Part shown: one piece after another, positions 1-12,700 of the stretch
Position numbering within the stretch: the first letter of the stretch is position 1
Layout: every line of letters begins with the position of its first letter
Assembly (NCBI RefSeq): GCF_001194135.2
Contig: NC_068987.1
Coordinates: forward strand, 43,249,068 to 43,290,433
Source of the DNA: Octopus bimaculoides
Taxonomy: Eukaryota
DNA: 41,366 bases
Reading direction: 5' to 3'
Notes under the pieces: generated by a model
Told to the model about the DNA's origin: nothing
Database searches by the model: none
What the model saw: only the letters and a program-made list of their open reading frames with translations
Translations under genes and position numbers: made by a program

Positions 1-198
1 GTGCAGGTGACACGTAAAAGCACCCACTACACTCTCTGAGTGGTTGGCGTTAGGAAGGGCATCCAGCTGTAGAAACTCTGCCAAATCAGACTGGAGCCTG
101 GTGTTGCCATCCGGTTTCACCAGTCCTCAGTCAAATCGTCCAACCCATGCTAGCATGGAAAGCGGACGTTAAACGATGATGATGATGATGATGATGAT
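1..198 (+). mobile_element. Young SINE copy with RTE-like tail (cut by the window start)
   Basis: ...ccaacccatgctagcatggaaagcggacgttaaac(gat)n; reverse complement of 41180-41366 with one mismatch. Confidence 0.85.
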
Positions 199-596
199 AT
201 ATATATATATATATACCCCACATTTTATTGTTTTATTTTATTTGTGATTGCTAAATGTTTGCTGTCTTTCGCAACCAAAATTTACTTCATGTCAAGCTTA
301 GCTATATTTTCATGTATAGAATTCATTTTAATTTATATATGGTATGGTGTTATAGTTAATTCCTGTCACTTATTTATTGCCAACCCTATCAGAAAAAGGA
401 CAAAATTCTGTAAGTTGTGTTTACTGCTAGTGAAAGAATACAGAAGTATGTAAGATCCATTACATTAGGACTGATGCATATTCTATGTAGTATTGAAACC
501 TTGATTCTCCACTTAGAGAAAAATGAAATTTTTTTCATCTCCAGAATTTACTGATTTAAAGTTAACAAAGTCTGTTGTTACTGCTTAAATTTTCAG

Positions 597-746
597 GTTT
601 CCAAGTTAGGAAATGGTATAACTGTGGCATCTTTGGAAACTTACTCTCCTATATCACATGTGTCTATTGTGGTTAAAGCTGGCTCCAGGTATGAATCAGG
701 AGATAACTTAGGAATTAGTCACCTCTTGAGAAATATGGCTGGAATG
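597..746 (+). CDS. UQCRC2: UQCRC2 exon A (150 nt, phase 0-0)
   Basis: ttttcag|GTT...ATG|gtaagt; VSKLGNGITVASLETYSPISHVSIVVKAGSRYESGDNLGISHLLRNMAGM. Confidence 0.92.
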
Positions 747-3700
747 GTAAGTAACTTCCAAAAGACTTTTTATCCTATTTTCTACACTGTAGTCTATGGC
801 GTTGTACTAGTTATACTGTGGTGTGTTGTGTTGTGACTTTTACAATGTATGGTGCTGTGATATATATGCACTGTAGTGTGTGGTGCCATGATATCTGCAC
901 TGGTATAGACATTGTGATGTCTATACTGTAGTGTTTGGTGTTCTTTTGGGTGGATAGATGCGGGATTATTCCAATATTAACTGCTGATTGAATCTCATTA
1001 AACATGCTCCACTGCTTAGTTTCTTATTGATGTTTTCTCTCTGAGAGTTGTCCTTGCATTCTTGTTGTAACCTCTTGCAGCTAGCTACATAGTGAAGCAG
1101 TTGAGAAACATTGCTGTTAGCTTGTTCCAAGCATATTCTTCACCATTTTCTTCTTTCTTCTCTTTGACAGGGAACAAAGGAGACCACAGCATTTGGCTTG
1201 ACTAGAACCGTGCAGCAATCTGGTGCCAATTACACGTAAGTTTGATCTTTGTCTTCACTCTTCTCTCCTAACACATCTCTCATCCATAAAATTGTTATAT
1301 ATATATATATTCAAACAGATAGAACCCTCTGCAATTTACTCCCTGCCCACAGTTTTTCCTGCAGACATCACTCTACAGATGTTCAAGCTTAAGATCAGCC
1401 TCCTGTAAAACTGTCATTCCCACTTTCCCTCTTTCTCTGACTGTCTTATTAAAACTACACAAGAGATATACAAATGAAAAATATATATATAGGACTATGT
1501 TGCTGTATCAAATTCTAAATGTTGGCTATTATCTTGTAAGCAGTAAAACAGTATTGAAATAACTGAAGAGGTTTATGTTGCTAGATTTTCTAAACCGTGC
1601 CAGTTTGGACACTGAAGATATTAGGGTAATTACAAAAGTTTTGAATTGATAAAAAAATTAATTCAGTATATGAAGAATATGCTCTGCTAGCTGGAATAGT
1701 GTACCATGGACTACATTATCTAATGTATCATTTCTTGAGACACTAGAGAATGATTTGAAAGTGAGATTTCACTCTTTCTAGCAAGTTGAGCAACCACACA
1801 GAGATCCTCTTGTCAGTTTGTTCAGTCTAGTCACATGACCCATTTTTTAAACTTTTACAATAGGTCTAAATATTTTGAATGATGAAGTTATGATGGTTGT
1901 GTTAATGTTGAAAATTTGCTGTGATGAAAGGGAAGATAATAAGTGTGTACATAACACGCACATACGCACACACACACTCTGACTCCACAATTTATGTGGT
2001 TATAGTGGAGTGTGTTGTATGTCTTGTCATGACAGAGTGCTATTGATATGAAAGATGACTGTGTTAATGATAAAATAATAATGATGGTGATTGGGTTGAG
2101 GTTTATAGTAACAGCAATGGTGAAGTTACTGCTACTTGTGAAGTGGTTGAAAAGTGGGTGATGTAGATGGGAACGAGAACCTAACTAAAAGGCAAGTGAT
2201 GGAAAGGGATTGGGATTTGATGATCAACAAAAGAAGGGGACAATAATTAAGGTGGTGGGAGTGACAGCAGTGGTTTAGATCTTGTTCTATCGGTAATTTG
2301 TCTTGTTTCTTGCGTATTTCAGCTGTTCAACCTCACGAGAATTTATCACTTATCAAATTGATTGTCTTCGTGATGAACTGTAAGTATAACTTTAACCCTA
2401 CTGTTCACTTCATCTCCTTGATAATCCTTTTTCAACAAAGAAATATATTTAAGTCCCTTGGCGAATGGGAGGTTCTTTTTTGGTCCTTGAAGACATAGAA
2501 GATATTTGAAGTCACTGAGGTTCTTGTCAACTAATATTTTTAGTTGCCTCATCGATTTTAGCTACTCATAGACCAGTGTGGTTACTTTCCTGTTGACCAA
2601 TGCCAAAAGACGTTTATATGTTATCATTGAAATGTTATATAACACACACACACACTCCATTATATACATTGTGATAGTGGAGTGTATTGCCTATATTGGT
2701 TATGACAGTGTACTCTACATGTTTTTATTGTAGGGCAGTGAATGGGTATAGTTTTATCTCATAAGTTTGTAGATATTTTAAGGGTTGATGAGGCTCAATG
2801 GATAGAGAACTAGATGAAGCTTAATATTTAACTGTTCCACTTTCAAATCTTACCAGTATTGACTTTGCCTTTTATCACTCTGGGTTTGATAAATGAAGTA
2901 ATTGTAGTATAATAAGATCAATTAGATGTATGCTTTTACTAAAAAAAAAAAATACCTTTCTGTCTCTCGTGAAGAACATATTTCTACTTAATTGTTAGGA
3001 TTCAGTGGGCAATTTTGTTAAACATGAGAAGGTTTACTGTTACTAATAAATCTTATTAAACTCCAACTTCTGTGGTTCTTTTCACTTGTTCTTGTTTATG
3101 GAAATCACTTACGTTACCTTAGGTTCCTAATAATTTTTTCACTTTTTATTTTAGTGATAATGTGATAGGAATGGTGAAAAATGCAGTGACCATGCCAGCT
3201 TTCAAACCATGGGAGATAAAAGAGACAGCTGCCAGTATGACACTTGACAAGGCTATCCTGAAGACACAACTTCCTCTTCGTAAGTACAATATGGTAATTA
3301 GTTTAATCACTTGCATTTTATATTACATATAAATCTTGGGCAATGATTTGGTATGAACGTGGGGCTGTTTATTAGTCTAATTAACAGTGTTGCCATATTG
3401 AGGGAAATGGTTGCATGCTGGACTAAATTTTTTCTGAAGTATTTAATCTCATCTTTATCAATAGAGGGTTTCAAATTTCAGTTGAAATAAAGGAATGTGA
3501 GTTGGAGAGAACCTTGTCAGTGCACTCAGCAATTGAACATTGTGACTGGAAACTTGATTCAAGAGATGAGAGACTGATAGAACCCATAAACAGGCAATTT
3601 TGGGAGGAGGTTCTCATTCCAGTTGTGGTCAAATTTTTTGATGATGTCCAGTGCAAAATCCTCAAGGACCAGTGGCCAATGAGGTATGACAGAAAAGAGT

Positions 3701-6700
3701 GTGTTGATGGTAGATCTAACTGTTAGGAGACAGAAAAATGTCTTTCCATAAATGAACAGGAGAAAGAACTAAAGTGAAACCCCAAAACATTACTGTTAGA
3801 AAGTAGAGAAGAGAAAATTGATAGATATTACCAAGAATAAGGGATATCAAATTTCCCAAAATGTATGGAAAGAGAAATTAAGAAAACATTATTTGCCACA
3901 CTGAGTTCAAATCATTCAAAATTGTCTATTTTTCATTCCTCAGAAGTCAAAGTGAGAACTAGTAATATATTATATTGAGTTAATTCAATTAATTATATTT
4001 TATACTTACTAAAAGAAGTCCTTATTTTCATTTCTAATAAAACTAGCAGCAATTTTTTTTTAATTCAGTGTGTTCCACTTTCATCTCCATCTCTGTCCAT
4101 TTACCTCTTGCCTTTCATATTCTTGCAAACTTCCCTACATACTCATCCTGTCCAATCCTTTGTACCACTTCTATATTCACCTTCCTGAAACTTGAGGCTG
4201 CACTCTGATACCTCCTCACCATCTTCTCTCTTTTCCATGCACCTCGTCTGCAACAAAAAAAACCGTTATCATTCTATTGTACTTTAACCTCATCATTATC
4301 TGGCATAAAGCTTAATACAACATCACCCTCAGTTGAGGAGTCTCATCTTGAAAGTTACTTGGTGACCTCACTTGTGCTAGTACCTCTTAAGAAGCACCTA
4401 GTACAGTGATTGGTATTAGGAAGGGCATCCAATTGTAGAAACCATGTTGAAGCAGACATTAGGGCTTGTGCAGTTCTCTAGTTCACTACCTTATGTCAAA
4501 TCAGCCAACCCATACCAGCTTGGAACCCAAACATTAAATGGTGACGATGATAATCTTTGTTATTGAGTTATAAAAAGATTTGTATATGCTTTGTATGTAT
4601 CAAGGACCTGTTTAAAAACCAGTGTTTAGTGGTTTCACGACATTAAGTGAATGTGAAATAAATCTTCTATTGGGTAGGAAGACACCATTTTATTGCAAGA
4701 AACCTTACTAGATATTCTGGTTCCTTCCTAATCTTAACATTTAGGGGATTTTTTGGTGAGGTCGGGACTTGGTCAGCAGGAAGCGGCTTTACTTATATCC
4801 TTTTGCAGCCTGTCCAAGATTGGTGAGGTTAATTCAGTTAATATTGTCCTTGAAGGTAAACTGAGGCAGTTTAGAATGTCCTTCTTAGAAACAATATAAT
4901 ACTTGCAACAAATTTCAACTTATAGCATATCAGCAAGTAATCCATGATTTTATTCACTCAGTTATCAACCCTCTAGAATTCAAAATTCTTCAGTTTTGTG
5001 GCTGTCATAATTGTAATTTAGTTTTACTTTGTAGTTATATGGAAATATAGATTCAAATATGGCAACAATGCAAATGACAAACTCTATTTGGATTGACTCT
5101 GTGACTCAGTTGATATTTTGCCGGAAGTCAGTCCTAATCTAGTGGACCTATGATCAAAAATGTTCCAGTTTTGACCATCCCATCTTTAATTTAGACTAAA
5201 GTAACCAGCATGCAAGATGGTAGGTTGTAAGTTGAAGGATATTTTACAACTATTTCTAAAATGTTATGCAACTGTAAAGGGCTAGTTTCAATCTCTAGTT
5301 AAACTAAACCAATTTACTATGTAGATGCTGCAGAAAATGCTTAGACATTGCAGCTTTCTTCTCTCTCTCCTTCTCCACATTTATATTACTCACTTAAAAG
5401 AAACAAGTGTGTTCTTTTATTGATATTAGCCATTGAATTGTGGCCTTGATATTTAAAACTATAATCAAGTCTGTGTTTGATTGCAGAGGTGTTTGAGTTA
5501 CTTCACTACGCAGCTTTTAGGAATACTTTGGGTAACTCCATTTATGCATCTGACAGTATGATTGGCAAGTTTTCTTCTGAGCTTGTAAGTTTTTTTGTTT
5601 TCTTTCTTTCTCTCCAACACTTTAATGAATATATGTTTATAGCTGTTTTTTGTCTTCTTATTTAAAAGCGCTTATGATTTTTAACTTTTTTTGTGAGAAG
5701 ATTTCAAACAACACTAGACTGTTTATATGTTTTAATATACTTCTTGTGAAATTGTGTTGATCTGTTGATAAAAAAAAATGCATCTAATAAAATTAATGAA
5801 AGTCATAAGTTTCCTGTTCTCATCGCACATAAACTCACCTTTTTACAAATTAGAGAAATTTGCAGGCGTGACCGTTATGTGAAGAAATTCACTTCACAAC
5901 TTTAGGTTCACTCCCACTGTGCCACTTCTTGGCAAACCTATGTCTTATTAGGGAATAGGGAATTTGGTAGATAGAAAGCAGAAGCTCATCTTGTGTAGGT
6001 ACATGCACATGTATGTGTTTACAATATACTTAGCTAATATTACAAACATAGTAGTATTTGTTGTCAGGAAATGTCGACAAATCATTTGTTTGCTTTGCTC
6101 TTTTGAATTCTGCTGAAGTGAAAAATCCCTTCCTTGAAAACAGGCAAAGGTTGGCAAGACGAATGTCATATGGCCACAAAAAACCTTGCCTCCATTTAAG
6201 CCATGCTAATGTGGAAAAAACAGATGTTAAATAAATGACTAAAGATTTTCTGTAAAATTGTGCTCAATTTTCTGTCTAGTAAAAATCTCATGTATGTAAT
6301 AGATTTTGGGTCTTTTTAGAGTTTTATGTGAGATCACCAAAAGAGCTCATCAGTGATTGTACAGTTAAGTATTTGTAGCAACTTTGAGGTTTTTAAGTAC
6401 ATTTTGTCTTGAGAAGGTGAGACATACTTGTTTCTTTGATCTGTGCAGTGGTTGTGTGTTTGTGCAATTGTTTTCTTGGCATGTTAAGACATAATGTATC
6501 TAGAACTACATTAACTAAAGAAACCTTCCTTATTTAAGGTATTAGGTTGTAATTTGAAAATGGTTTAGTTGCTATTGTAGCAAATCCAGTGAAGGCATAG
6601 GGGCACATTTTTCAGCTCTCATATAAATGTTGTTGATGTGGTGATGGTATTAATGTCTTAACTCCAGCACTGCTTTAGCAAATCTTATAGAGGTAACCTG

Positions 6701-9700
6701 CCAAACAACTGAAAGTGACTCACAGCCTTCAGCTGTTTATCAACAACTATGTTGTACACTCTAACTTGTCTGATGGTAGTGACGATGCTGATGGTGTTAC
6801 TGTTCTTGATAATGAGAAGTTTTGGTCAAACATTTGAGAGTAACTATTATGTATCCCAGATATGTCATTCTTCAGTTCCAATGAAGAACCATTTCTATGA
6901 TCAGCCATCATTTTAGAGAGCGACTCATTCTTTGACTTCTTTTCATGTATTTACCAGTTGCATCAGTATGTAGCAGACCACTACACAGCAGACCGTATGG
7001 CAGTTGTTGGCATTGGAGTTGACCATGAACATCTTCAATACTTGGTTGGCCAGTTCCAGTGCAGCCCCTCGTCTGGCATTTCTGATGCAAAGGCAAAATA
7101 TTGTGGCGGTAAGCAATGTTAATAATAATTTCAAAATTTTGACACAAGACAAGCACTTTTTAGTGGGTGGACAACAAGCAATAACATCGACTCCCGTGCA
7201 TTACTGGTACTATTTTATCGACTCCAACAGGATAAAAACGAATGTTGACATCAGCATAATTGGAACTCGAGAAGTAATTCATAGTGGCCAGTGACATGCA
7301 TTTGAACAACACAGACAAATACAGGACATGAAGTACCGTACAACATAAATTCTTTATTTATTAAAATTATCTCTTCTTGATGGTCTATCACAGTGTCTGC
7401 TAAATTTTTAGGATTTTCGTGAAACAACAATCCAAGAACATTCACAAAGTTTGAGCGTATATATAAATCTTAAAATACCGTAAATATAAATTAATTACAT
7501 TGCACGATGAACAGCAGTTTTGCTACAATATATTACATTTCTGCACTTAAACTGGGATTGTCTGTAAGCAAATTGTTTAGTAGTCCTAGTAGTTTTTAAT
7601 TTTTGATTTATTTATAATTTACATAAATTATTTTATGCTAAATTGTAATCGATTTTTAGATTTAAACATGGACAAATTTTTATTGAGACCTCAGAAAAAC
7701 GAGAAAGAGAATCATAGCAAACAAGACGAACACCTGAATAAAAAGTCCGCCTCATCAAAACGAAAATATAATGAAAATTATGTCCAATATGGTTTTATCA
7801 TCATCATCATCGTTTAACGTCCGCTTTCCATGCTAGCATGGGTTGGACGATTTGACTGAGGGCTGGTGGACCAGGAGGCGACACCAGGCTCCAGTCTGAT
7901 TTGGCAGAGTTTCTACAGCTGGATGCCCTTCCTAACGCCAACCACTCCGAGAGTGTAGTGGGTGTTTTACGTGCCACCGGCACGAGGGCCAGTCAGGCAG
8001 AACTGGCAACGGCCACGCTCGAAATGGTGTGTTTTCAGAAAAAGACAACTCAGTTTCTTTTTGTATGATTTGTTTAACAACACTCTCAAATGAAGTGATG
8101 GTTCCCAGTAAACTTCAACGTCATCTAATAACAAATCATCTGCAACTCAAGAACAAACCAAAAGAAAACTTTAAGATGCTAAAAAATCATTTAAAAATTC
8201 AATCAAAAAGGTTGAAGAAATTTCACTCAATTCCTGCGAAAGCTCAAATCACTAGTTACAAAATTGCCCAGCTTTTAGCAAAGAAGAAAAGACCACATTC
8301 TGATGCCGAAAACATTATTTTACCAGCCTTGGAGATCGCTATTGGCTCAATGATTAGTGATGAAGCTGTCAAACAAATTAAGATTTCTCATAAAATTCAA
8401 GACATTTCAAGAGACATTGATGATCAGCTCTGTGAACATTTCACTGAAGCAAAAAATGAACACGAAAACTTATGGGCCTTACAAATCGACAAAAGTACAG
8501 ACATCAGCAATAAAGCTCAACTAATTTCATTTCTACAAATCATCAGAGGTGGTAAAATCATAGGTCAGCTTTTCTTTTGTTGTGAATTGAAAGAAAGAAC
8601 AACAGGAAAAAATGTCTTTAACCTGGTAAACCAAAATGTTGTATTGAGAGGGATCCAGTGGCCAACTTATATTAGCGTTTGCACTGATGGAGCTCCATCC
8701 AAGCAGGGTCAAAAAAATGGTTTCGTGGCTCATGTATTACAAAAAAATTCACACTGTCAGATGGCCCGAGGGCCTATCTCTCTCAGGAATGACACGATAT
8801 GAACAAGGACAGGTGAAGTCCCTCCTGAACCTCGCCAACACTTTGTACATGGAACAAATAGTACTCCAACCAACCAGGGCAGATAACATACTGGATCTCT
8901 GCTTCACAAATAATACAGATCTCATACATAATGTGAAAGTGACACCGACGCTACTCTCGGATCACAACATGGTAGAGCTGACCATGTGCGGACCAAAGGA
9001 AACTATGGACATGCAGCCTACAAGAAACTCTCAGAATCTTTCCAATTTGAACTTCCTAAGGCAAACTGGAAACAAATTGAGAAAGAGATCCTCAAACAAA
9101 ACTGGCCTAAATGTCTCTCCTCACTGGACATCGACATGAAACTTTAACAATTCATGTCTGTAATGCAAGCCATATGCTACAAATGTATCCCAGAGAGAAA
9201 GGCCACTGTACACAAGAACAAAATCCCCAAGGAGAGGAAAATTCTTATGAGACGGCGTACAAAAGTTTCAAATCGCCTAAACAAANNNNNNNNNNNNNNN
9301 NNNNNNNNNNNNNNNNNNNNNNNNNNNNNNNNNNNNNNNNNNNNNNNNNNNNNNNNNNNNNNNNNNNNNNNNNNNNNNNNNNNNNNNNNNNNNNNNNNNN
9401 NNNNNNNNNNNNNNNNNNNNNNNNNNNNNNNNNNNNNNNNNNNNNNNNNNNNNNNNNNNNNNNNNNNNNNNNNNNNNNNNNNNNNNNNNNNNNNNNNNNN
9501 NNNNNNNNNNNNNNNNNNNNNNNNNNNNNNNNNNNNNNNNNNNNNNNNNNNNNNNNNNNNNNNNNNNNNNNNNNNNCAATTCAAAAGTGTTTTCACTCCA
9601 CCCCTAGGGCACTTTCAAGTAGCATTCCAACTGACTTTTTTACCACTGCAGATATAAAAACAGAGGCAATGATGATCAATTACATCAATATAAAGGAAGA

Positions 9701-12700
9701 CGATGTAATAAGGGCTATAGATGAAATGAACCCAAACTCAGCTACTGGCCCTGATGGATTCCCAGCAATCCTTCTAAAAGTATGTAAACGAGTCCTAGCA
9801 AGACCACTGCAGTCCCTCTTTCAGAGCTTCCTTGCATCTGGCAAACTCCCAAGAAAACTGAAGGAGGATGAAATATGCCCTATTCATAAAGGAGGTAGCA
9901 GAGCGGAGGCCAAGAACTCGCTGACCTCGCACATCAGCAAGGTCATGGAACGAATAGTCAGAAGAAAACTAATCGCGTTCCTTGAAGAAAATGACTTGCT
10001 GCCTGACACTCAACATGGTTTCCGACCAGGAAGAAGCTGCCTGACTCAGCTCTTACAACACTATGACTGGGTGCTGAAACAGCTACTTAACCACACAAAT
10101 GTGGAAGTGATATATCTCAACTCTGCAAAGGCCTTTGATAAAGTCGGTCATGGAATGATATGTCACAAACTGCATGATCTCAGCATAGTTGGACAATTAG
10201 GAAACTGGCTTCATGACTTTCTGAAGGATAGAAGTCAGGTGGTAGTAGCCAATGGGGCCACCTCTAATGACATGCAAATAGTGAGCGGTGTTCCGCAAGG
10301 CACTGTTTTGGGACCACTACTGTTCAAAATGGCCCTCTCAGATATGCCTTCAGCCACACAGAGAGCCACGATCACAAGTTATGCAGATGATACAAAAGTT
10401 TCACAGGTAATACAGAACCCTGAAGACACTATGCACCTGCAATGTGAGCTGGATGAAATATACAAGTGGGCTGAAAAGAATAACATGCAGTTTAATGCTG
10501 AAAAGTTTCAAGCCTTGTGCTATCAGCATGCAAAACTAAATGCAGTACCCATTAAATACACTGGACCTGGGGGGACTGCAATNNNNNNNNNNNNNNNNNN
10601 NNNNNNNNNNNNNNNNNNNNNNNNNNNNNNNNNNNNNNNNNNNNNNNNNNNNNNNNNNNNNNNNNNNNNNNNNNNNNNNNNNNNNNNNNNNNNNNNNNNN
10701 NNNNNNNNNNNNNNNNNNNNNNNNNNNNNNNNNNNNNNNNNNNNNNNNNNNNNNNNNNNNNNNNNNNNNNNNNNNNNNNNNNNNNNNNNNNNNNNNNNNN
10801 NNNNNNNNNNNNNNNNNNNNNNNNNNNNNNNNNNNNNNNNNNNNNNNNNNNNNNNNNNNNNNNNNNNNNNNNNNNNNNNNNNNNNNNNNNNNNNNNNNNN
10901 NNNNNNNNNNNNNNNNNNNNNNNNNNNNNNNNNNNNNNNNNNNNNNNNNNNNNNNNNNNNNNNNNNNNNNNNNNNNNNNNNNNNNNNNNNNNNNNNNNNN
11001 NNNNNNNNNNNNNNNNNNNNNNNNNNNNNNNNNNNNNNNNNNNNNNNNNNNNNNNNNNNNNNNNNNNNNNNNNNNNNNNNNNNNNNNNACTGCAATACCC
11101 TGTGCTTCAGAGGTCCACAGCTCTTCAATATCCTCCCGAAGGACCTGAGAGACCTGCATGGGGTGGATGTAGGTGTCTTCAAGATGAGGCTGGACCTCTT
11201 CCTGTCAGGTGTCCCAGATGAACCAACTTCGCGGCAGGAGGTGCAGATGAGGGCAGCTGCATCAAACTCTCTCATGCACCAAATATCAATTCCTGAAGTA
11301 AAACTGTGTAGCAACACTAAATGGCGGTGCCCCAGCATGGCCACAGCTCATGAGCTGAAACTAGATAAAATGAAAATGAAAAAAAAATGAAGTTAAAACT
11401 GTACATTGCATGATTCACCGCAAAGTTTTGGTGTCAAAATCTCTACTTGTGATAGTCTCCTGAAGATGATGAGCAACGTTGTTAAAGTGGTGAATTACAT
11501 AAAATCGCATTCCCTACAGTGCAGATTTTTTGCATCCCTATGCGAAACTATGGATTCTGATTTTAAGAGTTTACTGCTTCATACAGAAGTGCGACGGTTC
11601 CCAAAAGGAAAAGTGCTCTCTCGATTTATCTCTTTGTGAGCTGAAATATGTTTCTTTGATGCTGAAAATTGTGGATTTGAATTTGTAAACGATGATAATT
11701 GGTGGCTGGAAGTAGCATTTCTCAATGATCTTTTTGAGAAGTTTCAAATTTGAGTCTGCAAGGAGTGAACGAAAATATTATTACAATTACAAGTGAATTA
11801 AAGTCTTTCACTGACAAGTTAGAACTGTGGATAAGGAAAGTTAAAAACTTGCAGCTTGATTGCTTCTCAGGCCTATTTAAAATTTTGTCAGATGTGCAGA
11901 AGATGGTAGAAAACCTCTCTGTATCATTTTCTAAGTATTTTCCACCACTTGATTATCAAATGTACGAGTGGGTTATCAATCCTTTCGCAACATACGATAG
12001 TACACACCTGCCATTAACATTAACAGAAGAAAATTTAATTGTCTTGAAAAACGATTCTGTGCACAAAGCCTCATTTTCTGTGCTAAAATTGTCAGAATTT
12101 TGCTTTGGAGCAAATATCCTCGATTAGCTACTACAGCCACGAAATCTCTGTTACCCTTTGGATCAATGTATCTTTGCGAATTAGGTATCTCTGCACTTAT
12201 GGAAATGAAGTCAAAAAAAGGGAACGATTACAGATGGTAGATGAGAGTTATGTATTTATCTAATTTCTAAGCTGCGTTATGACAAAATTCTTTCTCAAAA
12301 TCAATTGCATCCTTCTCACTAAAAACATTAATTCTCACCCAGTGTGTCATAAGGTAAAAATGTTTGGCAGACACTATTCTCTCATAATTACAGAAGTAAA
12401 TTAAGACCAGCTCTGCTTGAGGAGAGGAGATAATCCCAAGATTCAAGAATTTTCCTAAGTTGACATGCCATTAAGGAAAAGACATGCTTATTGTCTGGAG
12501 ATATGAGGATACCTCTAACAGCCAAGGGACTTAGATTTATACAGAAAAAGAATAGAACACATTTATGGCCATGATAATTTGCATAAACAAAAAAATAGCT
12601 GAGAGGTTATACGGTGGCCAGTGGCATGTATTTGAGCAACATAGACAAATACAGGTACATTAAATAGCATACAACATAAAATCTTGATTTAGCTGTGTCC

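Larger units (their letters stand above)
7635..12322 (+). pseudogene. Disrupted hAT transposase: BED finger 7635-8150, catalytic core 8150-8754 and 11389-12100, hATC end about 12100-12322
   Basis: ORF-track pieces 7635, 8029, 11406 and 11750 plus manual translation; frameshifts and two nested insertions. Confidence 0.85.
7391..12376 (+). mobile_element. hAT DNA transposon (Buster/Charlie, ZBED5-like), inactivated, in UQCRC2 intron F-G
   Basis: TIRs CAGTGTCTGCTAAA (7391-7404) and TTTGGCAGACACTA (12363-12376), 12/14 match as inverted repeats. Flanking 8-mers gtctatca / ttctctca match 6/8. Transposase motifs: KRKYNENYVQYGF, CMIC..PSKLQRHL, LQIDKSTD, VCTDGAPS, HCMIHR, HTEVR, PFGSMYLCELGISAL, ending QLHPSH* at 12322. 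Confidence 0.85.

Noticed and set aside
624-836. ORF-track entry as a standalone 70-aa protein
   Set aside because: It is exon A reading through its donor into the intron; the ORFs at 5477, 23768 and 29052 are the same kind of artefact.
3480-3730. 74-aa ORF faintly like an RTE C-terminus
   Set aside because: No diagnostic motif is intact; at best an old LINE scrap, not a gene.
6860-6880. Alternative acceptor ttcttcag at 6875 for exon F
   Set aside because: In frame it hits TGA at the third codon; the acceptor at 6957 fits the homology.
9111-11390. 759-aa ORF and other long X-containing ORFs
   Set aside because: Their length comes from N-gaps translated as X; the real sequence is the disrupted CR1-type LINE.
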